From NCBI GenBank assembly GCA_938014335.1, contig CALLRP010000006.1, positions 14,226 to 78,225 of the forward strand: DNA of 64,000 nt, read 5' to 3'. Position numbers and translations under genes: made by a program. The notes beneath the pieces are model-generated. The model had not been told where the DNA came from, ran no database searches, and saw nothing but the letters and a program-made list of their open reading frames with translations. The stretch's first letter is position 1, and every line of letters begins with the position of its first letter. Source of the stretch: an uncultured bacterium (GTDB lineage Bacteria; Hydrogenedentota; Hydrogenedentia; Hydrogenedentales; Hydrogenedentaceae). Shown here one piece after another: positions 56,382 to 64,000 of the stretch.

Positions 56382-57533
56382 ATGATTCAGCAAAATGAAG
56401 AAAAAGTTTTATGTAAACGGTGTGTGATGGATACTTCTATTCCAGGCGTTCGTTTAGACAAACAGGGAATATGTAACTTTTGCCACATGCATAATAATTT
56501 AGATAAACGATTCCCTGTGGGAGAAGAAGGAGCAAAAATATTACAAAAGATTGCTAATAAAATAAGAAAAGATGGCAAAGGGAAAAGATACGATTGTGTC
56601 GTTGGAGTAAGTGGGGGAAGAGATACATCTTATTGTTTATATTATGTGAAAGAAGTTATGAATCTACGTCCTCTGGCTGTTCATTTTGACAACGGTTGGG
56701 ATTCCGAAATTGCAAAGAGTAATCTTGCTAAATTATGTGATAAATTAGATGTAGAATTGCACACGATAATTATGGACTGGCCTGAATCCCGCGAACTAAC
56801 AAATGCAACTATTAGAGCATGTGTACCTTATATAGACTTAACGGACGATATCGGAATTGCGAGTAGTTTATACCGAACCGCTGTCGAAGAAAATGTCCGC
56901 TATATCATTCTAAGTCATTCTTTTCGTGAAGAAGGGATAACCCCACTGAAATGGAATTACATAGATGGAAAATATACCCGTGCTATTGTAGACCAGTTTT
57001 GTACAATTCCATTAATACATTTTGAGAATGTAGAACTCTGGGATATGATTTACTGGATATTGTGGAGGGGAATTCGTGTAATTAATATAACAAATTATTA
57101 TGACGATACAGGGGAAAAAATAGAGACATTTCTTAAAGAAAAGTTTGATTGGCAGGATACAGGACAACACCATTTGGATAATGAATTATTTACATTAGTT
57201 TATTATTATGCAAGAAGAAAATTTGGTTTCGATTGGCGCGTAGTTGAATTATCCGCAAAAGTTAGAACCGGTGTAATTTCTCGAGAGTCTGCTTTGAAAG
57301 CGTTACAAGAAATTCCTTTTTTTGAGGATGAAGAAAGGATAGAACATTGTTTAAGAAAACAAGGTATAAGTCGAGAAGAATTTGAGATGATAGTTAAATC
57401 ACCCAATAAATATTTTACAGATTATCCGTCTTACTATCCCTTGCTACGAAAGTTTAAATGGTTTATATGGATTTTATGTAAACTTCATGCTATACCAGCA
57501 CATACTTATGAAAAATATTTTCATGCTATCTGA
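56382..57533 (+). CDS. N-acetyl sugar amidotransferase (PP-loop ATPase, WbuX/WbpG/PseA-like)
   Basis: 383 aa. N-terminal zinc ribbon CKRC...CNFC and the PP-loop VGVSGGRDTSY. It lies immediately downstream of the HisH/HisF-like pair. Confidence 0.8.
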   Translation: MIQQNEEKVLCKRCVMDTSIPGVRLDKQGICNFCHMHNNLDKRFPVGEEGAKILQKIANKIRKDGKGKRYDCVVGVSGGRDTSYCLYYVKEVMNLRPLAVHFDNGWDSEIAKSNLAKLCDKLDVELHTIIMDWPESRELTNATIRACVPYIDLTDDIGIASSLYRTAVEENVRYIILSHSFREEGITPLKWNYIDGKYTRAIVDQFCTIPLIHFENVELWDMIYWILWRGIRVINITNYYDDTGEKIETFLKEKFDWQDTGQHHLDNELFTLVYYYARRKFGFDWRVVELSAKVRTGVISRESALKALQEIPFFEDEERIEHCLRKQGISREEFEMIVKSPNKYFTDYPSYYPLLRKFKWFIWILCKLHAIPAHTYEKYFHAI

Positions 57534-57583
57534 AATTAAACTTAAATCGGTATATAATTTTATTTTAATTAGGTATACGGTAA

Positions 57584-59023
57584 ATGAAGAAAAAAAGATT
57601 ATTTTTAGTTAATCTGGGTTTGAGAAGACCACTATATCCATTAGCCACTCCTCCGATGGGGCTTTTGTATCTTTCGGCGTATCTACGCCGTGAATTGAAA
57701 GACATTGAAATAGGTATAATAAACCAGAGGTTGGAAAATTGTAATATTGAAGAATTATGTGAAAGAATCAAGACTTTTGAACCCGACATTATTGGTATAT
57801 CTACTTTTACCACTTTTGCTTATTTACTTCCTTTGTTAGTCCCAATGCTTCGAAGTGCTTGTCCCAAAGCATGGATTATTGTTGGAGGACCCCATGCTTC
57901 AGCTGTGCGTAAAGGTGTATTTGATGATGTAGATATAGATATTTTAGTGCCAGGTGAGGGCGAAATTGCTTTAAAACAAATAATAGAAAGTTTTCCAGAA
58001 AGGGAATCGTTACAAAATATAAACGGGATTTACTGGAAAGATAAATCAGGAGAGGTAATTCAGAACCCAGGATTATTGCCTATGATTGAGAATTTAGATG
58101 AATTGCCTTTTCCCGCTTATGATTTAATTGATTTGCCCCGTTATTGGAAACATCAGTCTATTGCCCCTATAGTAAGAAGGAAATATGCCTCACTTGTAAG
58201 TAGTCGGGGGTGTCCTTATCAATGTATGTGGTGTCATTCTATTTTTGGAAGACGAATCCGAATGCATTCTGCTGAACGAGTTGTAGATGAAATCGAATAT
58301 TTGGGAAAAGAATACAATATCACCGATTTTGAGTTTTTAGATGATAACTTTAATTTTAACTCGAAGCGAGTAATAGAGATTGCAGAACTTATTCATAAAC
58401 GAGGCTTAAAAACAGAAATTGCTTTTCCCACCGCAATTCGAGGAGATTTAGCAACTCAGGAAGTTATAGATGCGATGCATTCTATAGGTACATATCTTTG
58501 TGGCTACTCATTAGAGACAGGGTCTCCTCGGCTACAAAAATTTACCTGTAAAAGACTGGATATTCCCAAATTTTTAAATGCGGTAGAAATGACAGCCAAA
58601 AAGAACATCTACATTACAGGTTTCTGTATGATGGGATTTCCTACTGAGACCGAAGAAGAACTACAACAAACTATAGATGTAGCATGTAAATCTCGTTTTC
58701 ATACCGCTAGTTTCTTTACAGTAACCCCATTCCCCGGAACCCCTCTCTTTGAATGGGTAAAAGAAAATCGTCCTGAAAAATTATCACAATTGAATTATAA
58801 CAACATGGATTTCTCAGCAATGAATGTAAATTTAACAGACTTGCCTGACGAAGTCCTTTTTGCCTATCAGCGTAAAGCTATGAAAAAGTTTTATACCGAC
58901 CCCATTCGTATTTATCGACTATTGAGAAGTTATCCCAAACCCCTGCTATTGCCCTATTATCTCCCCATCTTTATCCATCGAGCCACCAAAGGACTATGGA
59001 AATCTCAAACAATTAATTGTTAA
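57584..59023 (+). CDS. Class-B (cobalamin-binding-domain) radical SAM enzyme
   Basis: 479 aa. B12-binding-like region (DIIGISTFTTFAYLL...AWIIVGGPHAS) and the rSAM motif SSRGCPYQCMWC. Confidence 0.85.
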   Translation: MKKKRLFLVNLGLRRPLYPLATPPMGLLYLSAYLRRELKDIEIGIINQRLENCNIEELCERIKTFEPDIIGISTFTTFAYLLPLLVPMLRSACPKAWIIVGGPHASAVRKGVFDDVDIDILVPGEGEIALKQIIESFPERESLQNINGIYWKDKSGEVIQNPGLLPMIENLDELPFPAYDLIDLPRYWKHQSIAPIVRRKYASLVSSRGCPYQCMWCHSIFGRRIRMHSAERVVDEIEYLGKEYNITDFEFLDDNFNFNSKRVIEIAELIHKRGLKTEIAFPTAIRGDLATQEVIDAMHSIGTYLCGYSLETGSPRLQKFTCKRLDIPKFLNAVEMTAKKNIYITGFCMMGFPTETEEELQQTIDVACKSRFHTASFFTVTPFPGTPLFEWVKENRPEKLSQLNYNNMDFSAMNVNLTDLPDEVLFAYQRKAMKKFYTDPIRIYRLLRSYPKPLLLPYYLPIFIHRATKGLWKSQTINC

Positions 59024-61272
59024 ACTGTGAATGGTATCCTTATAAGATTATAATTCTTAAACAGGGCTTTTTGGTGGGAAACAATAAAGAAAAAAAATAT
59101 AATATTCAAGTCTTATTGAGTTGTTTCCTTATCATTTTATTAGCTTTCATCATCCGAATTTACAAAATTTCCGATGAATCGATATGGTGGGATGAGTATT
59201 CCAGTCTGGCTCACATAAATGCAGACTCTTTATCAGAGTTCCTTTTTTTAAATCCTCTTTATGACCCCGCCACCATGCCAGCCTATTATATTATAGAATA
59301 CCTTTTCTGGCACTATATATCTCCTTCTGTTTTAGGTTTGCGGTTCTTTTCTGTCTTATTGAGTATAATGACCATCCCTATTTTATTTCTCATCGGTAGA
59401 AAATTAGGTTCCTATAAAATAGGATTAATAGCGGGTCTATTTTTCGCTCTCTCACCGATACATCGTTTTTTTGGACAGGGGATACGAATGTATGTTTTAT
59501 TAACTTTACTTTTTACTTTGTCAGTATATTATTTACTTTCATATCTCGAAGAGAACAAAAAGAAAAACGGGATTATTCTGACTATAGTAAACTTTATCCT
59601 TTTGTGGACTCATCCCTTTGCAATTCTGATTATTGGTATAGAAATGTTTTGTTTTCTCATTGCTCATAAAGTAAGAGGATATAAAAAATATATCTTGTTT
59701 TTTTCTCAAACAATTATAAGTATCCCTCCTTTATTTTATATGTTGAATATAAAATATTATTCAACAGAGAAATCTTTCTGGTTCAAAATACCAAGTCTAT
59801 ATGAGTTTATTGGGGATTTATTTGCTGATGATGCGGTAGGTTTGACATATCAGGTACGAATTATTAATGAAATTATCCCTGATTATTTGAGAACAATACA
59901 TCCTTTTATGGACTTATCTTTATTAGTCATAAATGTTGGAATAATTCTATTTAGTTTAGGGTATGTTTTGAAAAACCTAAAAGATGAAAACGAATTAAAG
60001 GGCAAAATCACTTTTCTTATTTTGATGTTTTTAATCCCACCTATGTTTTTATATGTCATTTCAATTCTATGGAGGCCTTGTATATTCCCAAGATACACAC
60101 TTTATAGTAGTCTCGCTATATATTTGCTTTATGGATGTTTTATACATATAATAAATAATAAATATCTAAAAAAATCAATATTATTTTTGTTAATAGCTAT
60201 TTTTGGTTATCAGTTATTTATTACAATTCCGTTACCTCAACGTACAAATTGGCAAGAAACTTCTCGTTTTATTGAACAATCCTTTCCACCAGAGGGAGAG
60301 AAATCCCCCGTGTTTGTATATCAAGCCATTAATAAAGATGTTTTTTCTTTTAATTTAAAAGATAAAACAATCCCTGTTTCCTTTGTAGAAAAAGTTGATA
60401 CTCTTATCCCTATTTTTCAAGAACTGTTTCAAAAGGATACCAATTGTTTTTGTTCTGAAGTATGGTTTGTGCATGTTTCTTTCTATTTTGCTGAATACGG
60501 CTCTCCGGAGTTAGAACGATTGTTGGACGAGAATAAAATGGCTTATAAATATTACGACTTCTACGGAATAGAACCTATTCGATTATACAGAATTACACCT
60601 ATGGAAGGTGTTGCATATCCTAATTTGAATCTGAAAGCCTTATCTGATGAGATGTTGAAATTTACAATTTCGGATTTAGCCCTTTCTTATGTTGAGACTG
60701 GGTATAAAGAATGTGCGATATATTTACTTGAAAAATTAATGAATGACCCTCTCCAAAGATTACAGTATAAAAATTTATATAATGCACAAAAAAATGATAA
60801 GAATGTCTACAATCTTGCAAATGCCTTACGGTATTACCAGATAAGCCAGAGAAGTATAGACCCAAAGTATAAGGAATACTTCTTAAATAAGGCTATTGAA
60901 CGGGATGCAGATTTGAAACTGGCTTATTTATGTTTTGACGCGATTATGACTTCAATAGAAGGAGATATCAATACCACTCATGAAAAACTTTACCGTATTA
61001 TTGACATGGCTCCTGACCTTGCTCTTCCAAGAATTGCTCTGGGAGTGATTGCCTTATCGCAGAACAGGGAAGAAGATGCCAAAAAATGGCTTTATTCCGC
61101 TATAGAGTGTGAAAAGGGACATTACAAAAGTTGGGAAAATCTATTAAATTTCATTTTTATAGAGAAAAATTACTCCAAGGCATTGGAAGAATATCATGCC
61201 CTTCAAGATAAAGGTATATTTGTAGAAACTTATTTTGAAGAATACTTAACCGAAAAGATACAAAATAAATAA
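59017..61272 (+). CDS. GT-C glycosyltransferase-like polytopic protein (family 39/PMT_2-like) with C-terminal TPR-like helical domain
   Basis: 751 aa. Early periplasmic-loop acidic motif (DESIWWDEYSS) and about 11 TM helices. The C-terminal ~200 aa are helical repeats. The start is uncertain (TTG/GTG around 59071-59076 is possible). Confidence 0.72.
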   Translation: MLNCEWYPYKIIILKQGFLVGNNKEKKYNIQVLLSCFLIILLAFIIRIYKISDESIWWDEYSSLAHINADSLSEFLFLNPLYDPATMPAYYIIEYLFWHYISPSVLGLRFFSVLLSIMTIPILFLIGRKLGSYKIGLIAGLFFALSPIHRFFGQGIRMYVLLTLLFTLSVYYLLSYLEENKKKNGIILTIVNFILLWTHPFAILIIGIEMFCFLIAHKVRGYKKYILFFSQTIISIPPLFYMLNIKYYSTEKSFWFKIPSLYEFIGDLFADDAVGLTYQVRIINEIIPDYLRTIHPFMDLSLLVINVGIILFSLGYVLKNLKDENELKGKITFLILMFLIPPMFLYVISILWRPCIFPRYTLYSSLAIYLLYGCFIHIINNKYLKKSILFLLIAIFGYQLFITIPLPQRTNWQETSRFIEQSFPPEGEKSPVFVYQAINKDVFSFNLKDKTIPVSFVEKVDTLIPIFQELFQKDTNCFCSEVWFVHVSFYFAEYGSPELERLLDENKMAYKYYDFYGIEPIRLYRITPMEGVAYPNLNLKALSDEMLKFTISDLALSYVETGYKECAIYLLEKLMNDPLQRLQYKNLYNAQKNDKNVYNLANALRYYQISQRSIDPKYKEYFLNKAIERDADLKLAYLCFDAIMTSIEGDINTTHEKLYRIIDMAPDLALPRIALGVIALSQNREEDAKKWLYSAIECEKGHYKSWENLLNFIFIEKNYSKALEEYHALQDKGIFVETYFEEYLTEKIQNK

Positions 61273-61277
61273 TTCAA

Positions 61278-62384
61278 TCATTTAGTTTGCCAACCTAAAT
61301 ATTTATCCAAAAAACGATAGGCTTCTTCTCGTATTTCAGGAGGGAAATCGTGCCCGCAGTCAGGATGGACTACTTTTAAATTTTCTTCAGTTTTATAAAG
61401 TGCATAGACCTTCTTTGCGGATTGCACACAATCATCCACACCTGTTACCTCAAAATTATCATCATGTAGGGGAGCATTAATAAAAACCGGACGAGGTGCG
61501 AGAGTTCCCAGAATTTCAGTAAAATCAAAAGGGAGTAAATCGGGATTGCATTTATATATTTCTTTTATCCTCGGCATGTATCCCTTATGAGACCAGCCGT
61601 TTAGGTCACCGTTATAGTACTTTTTCATACTCGTGAATCCACAACTGGTTACCATAACTTTAATTCGTTCATCGAAAGCCCCTAAAAAGAGTGCGTTATG
61701 TCCCCCCAAGGAATGACCAATTGCTCCAATTTTTGTTGAGTCGACTTCATCCAGGGTTTCAAGGAGGTCAATACAACGTCGGTGATTTCCAATACCCTTG
61801 GCTGTGGCACTTGCATATCCCATAGCATAAACATCAATTTTATAATCACCAAACCCTGGGTAATCCGGAACAATAACAATATATCCCCTTTCCGCCAGTT
61901 CCTTAGCAATATGTCGGTTTTTTGCATCGCCGATGCCCACAGGGCTGGCTTTGCCTATGTCGATAGTTTGGTGTAAGCAAACAATTGCAGGCCTTTTCTC
62001 TTTAATATCTTTGGGTATCAAAAGGTAGGCAGGTAATCGGTCGTTTTGCTCTGCAACAAACGATAATTTTTTCCGCCAGTAGGTGCCCATATCTTCTATG
62101 GATTCCACTTTTGTGTCCAGTGCAGGTAATTGAGAGCGGTTAGGTAAAGGTCCCATAACGAGAAGCATGTTTTGCAATATGTGATTTTTTCGAATACTCC
62201 ATTCGCTTATATTTGTTATTTCACGAATCTCCTCATTGCTACCCAGATAGTAGAGTAAATTAAATTTATCCTTATAAAAAGGTGGTTCCCCTGATACAAC
62301 TATCGGACATAAACCCCAGAAAAGCGTTAGTACAGAAAGCATTCGCAACATACAATTACCCTTTTTAGTTAAACTGTATTGCAT
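61278..62384 (-). CDS. Secreted alpha/beta hydrolase (dienelactone hydrolase / esterase-like)
   Basis: Nucleophile elbow GHSLGG and a C-terminal His context (HPDCGHDFP). The likely real start is Met-12 (62351), which gives the signal peptide MLRMLSVLTLFWGLCPIVVSG and removes the overlap with the upstream gene. Confidence 0.8.
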   Translation of the reverse strand: MQYSLTKKGNCMLRMLSVLTLFWGLCPIVVSGEPPFYKDKFNLLYYLGSNEEIREITNISEWSIRKNHILQNMLLVMGPLPNRSQLPALDTKVESIEDMGTYWRKKLSFVAEQNDRLPAYLLIPKDIKEKRPAIVCLHQTIDIGKASPVGIGDAKNRHIAKELAERGYIVIVPDYPGFGDYKIDVYAMGYASATAKGIGNHRRCIDLLETLDEVDSTKIGAIGHSLGGHNALFLGAFDERIKVMVTSCGFTSMKKYYNGDLNGWSHKGYMPRIKEIYKCNPDLLPFDFTEILGTLAPRPVFINAPLHDDNFEVTGVDDCVQSAKKVYALYKTEENLKVVHPDCGHDFPPEIREEAYRFLDKYLGWQTK

Positions 62385-63840
62385 AAAGGTCAGCGTCTTT
62401 CATTTGAATGGATAGGCGTATTGGAATCCCTTGAAGTTGTGATAAATTATCGATACCTTTCCATGATGCTTTGAAATGAATTCGATTTCCTTTTAATAAA
62501 GTAAAATTCTTAAATTCATATCCCGGCAAAGGATTTCCGTCTTTATCTTGAATTTCGATGAGAATGTATCCGGTAGCCGATGTGGCAAAATTCAGGAACA
62601 GGTTATTACCGGTAAAAGTAATAGGAATCGTTGTCAATGAACCTTCATCATATCCAGCCGAAATACAGGAAAATCCGTCAATTCGAAGCAGGTACCGCTG
62701 AATATGAGCTGTATCTTGTGCGTAGTTTTTATGAACATAAAAAGCCATTTGATATTCATTAATAGGAACAATTCCACGGGCGGGATAATTTGTACGAGAG
62801 ACCCAGTTTTCGGGAGGATATTCCGGTTTAAGAAAAGCGTTCAAGAAAAATCGATTATATATGTTATTCGCTCGACTGCTCATAAATATGATATCTGAAC
62901 AATCATGACTATAATTTAGCTCGACCCCGATGGATTTGATTTCCTCATCCGATAAAACCTTGCATCCGGGCACAAAACGAGCACATATAGAGATATAAAT
63001 ATGAGGAGCATTGAAATAAGGAATGGTTTGATTTGTATAAATGTGTTCCCAGGGGGCGTTTCCTTTATCCATAACAACAGGTTTTTCCCAGTTAAAGAAA
63101 TCATTGCTCGTGGTTCGGCTTACCCAACGATATTCTCTATTAGGACCATTCCATGTTCGAAAGTACAGGACATATTTTTGCTCATAAGTAGACCAGAAAG
63201 CAGCATTGAGAGAGTCAAAAGCAAAATCCTCCCAGGACTCCCCTTTAAGAATAGGTTTATCTGAAAGTCTGCGCCAGTGAATACCATCGGGCGAAGCAAA
63301 TGGAAACAAACCACTATCAAATGTGCCTGCCACCGCTTTGTATCGTTCCTCGGGGGACACATCCGGTTTCTCATCTAAAAAAGGGGCAAAATTATGCGAA
63401 AATGGGGGGGCATTTGCAAGGATGATATTATTATCACGAGCCCCATTAACTTCAAAAAGCCCCAAGGAAGGTTTTACGAAATGAATGCCATCCTTACTCT
63501 CGGCGTAGCAGGTGGATTCTGAGGTTGAACCATCCGCTTTTGAAACGGGTAACCCCCTATAATAAAGTCGGTACATGTCCTTATCATGAATCAAAGTTAT
63601 ATACCCACTAAATTTTCCTTCCCAGGGTTTGTCAAAATATAAAACTTTTTCTGCAGGAATGGGTTCACATAGCCTGAATGTCAGGTTTTCCATATGACTT
63701 ATTAATTTATTATCAACAAAAATTTCCTTTCGATTTGCTAAGTGATAGAATTCCTCGCCCTCGATAGATTGAGAAATAAAAAGAGAAAAGAGGATACATA
63801 TTAGGATTAAGATACGGCTATTATGTTGGTTCATAGACAC
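62365..63840 (-). CDS. Secreted hypothetical protein, possibly beta-propeller glycoside-hydrolase-like plus C-terminal beta-sandwich
   Basis: 491 aa. Signal peptide (ILILICILFSLFISQSIEG). AAGGAG lies upstream. The Gly/Trp/Tyr/Asp-rich repeat pattern (YRLYYRG, AESKDGIHF, ASPDGIHW) is reminiscent of GH43/32/130-like propellers. No motif-level proof. Confidence 0.5.
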   Translation of the reverse strand: MSMNQHNSRILILICILFSLFISQSIEGEEFYHLANRKEIFVDNKLISHMENLTFRLCEPIPAEKVLYFDKPWEGKFSGYITLIHDKDMYRLYYRGLPVSKADGSTSESTCYAESKDGIHFVKPSLGLFEVNGARDNNIILANAPPFSHNFAPFLDEKPDVSPEERYKAVAGTFDSGLFPFASPDGIHWRRLSDKPILKGESWEDFAFDSLNAAFWSTYEQKYVLYFRTWNGPNREYRWVSRTTSNDFFNWEKPVVMDKGNAPWEHIYTNQTIPYFNAPHIYISICARFVPGCKVLSDEEIKSIGVELNYSHDCSDIIFMSSRANNIYNRFFLNAFLKPEYPPENWVSRTNYPARGIVPINEYQMAFYVHKNYAQDTAHIQRYLLRIDGFSCISAGYDEGSLTTIPITFTGNNLFLNFATSATGYILIEIQDKDGNPLPGYEFKNFTLLKGNRIHFKASWKGIDNLSQLQGIPIRLSIQMKDADLYAIQFN

Positions 63841-63846
63841 ATCTCC

Positions 63847-64000
63847 TTAATTTGTAGCATTTAGATTTTTATAATTTGTCCATTTTCTTAAGCTTAGTTT
63901 AAACCAATAATTAAATGCCCTTATTTGATTTTTCAAATGATGAGGACGGCGTATCGTTCTCACGATCGTTCTTGCAAAATAACGAGGTCTAAGATAATAT
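63847..64000 (-). CDS. Possible 3' end of an unidentified gene continuing beyond the window
   Basis: The minus-strand frame is open from the window edge and translates as ...RPRYFARTIVRTIRRPHHLKNQIRAFNYWFKLSLRKWTNYKNLNATN*. The stop at 63847-63849 abuts the SD of the next gene. Only 50 codons are visible. Confidence 0.3.
   Translation of the reverse strand, partial: YYLRPRYFARTIVRTIRRPHHLKNQIRAFNYWFKLSLRKWTNYKNLNATN

Noticed and set aside
1-64000. Search for mobile elements, prophage, toxin-antitoxin, restriction-modification or other defence systems, tRNA and rRNA
   Set aside because: I recognised no transposase, integrase or recombinase, no terminal inverted repeats, no nuclease-ATPase pairs and no cloverleaf or rRNA-like GC-rich stretches. 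The window looks like core and accessory chromosome without horizontally transferred islands identifiable by eye.

Overview
This is an AT-rich bacterial chromosomal segment (roughly 35-40% GC by eye). It is densely packed with about 50 protein genes. I found no rRNA, tRNA, CRISPR array, transposase, integrase or recognisable defence genes. Gene content suggests an uncultivated anaerobe of the PVC/Hydrogenedentes-like kind, but phylum cannot be fixed from sequence alone: there are Tat-signal Gfo/Idh/MocA oxidoreductases, secreted HEAT-repeat proteins, GT-C+TPR giants and five radical SAM (rSAM) enzymes in 64 kb.

Housekeeping genes:
- a GspF/PilC C-terminal fragment
- aspS
- argC-argJ-argB
- an acyl-CoA ligase
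- an ADP-forming acyl-CoA synthetase

Accessory content:
- A cobalamin-type rSAM plus small rSAM pair (1.8-4.7 kb).
- Two Ton/Tol-like motor clusters (9.9-12.3 kb and 43.2-45.9 kb).
- A MarR-controlled RND efflux operon with an embedded hexapeptide acetyltransferase (29.5-36.7 kb).
- An FHA-GAF-adenylate cyclase.
- A monocistronic 31-codon Lys/Ala-rich gene missing from the ORF track.
- A roughly 15 kb Arn-like glycan-modification cluster (46-61 kb). It holds two GT-C+TPR proteins, a DegT aminotransferase, a carbamoyltransferase, a HisH/HisF/amidotransferase triad and two rSAM enzymes.

The best candidate for an undescribed system is the minus-strand operon at 22.7-29.3 kb. There the function-unknown AmmeMemoRadiSam trio (an rSAM enzyme plus a Memo::AMMECR1 fusion with an export-like N-terminus) is translationally coupled to an 1187-aa membrane chimera. 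The chimera combines a spermidine-synthase-like module, a flavinylatable FMN-binding domain and a NapH/NosR-type CX3CP iron-sulfur module.

All family assignments rest on motifs read by eye and need HMM or BLAST confirmation.
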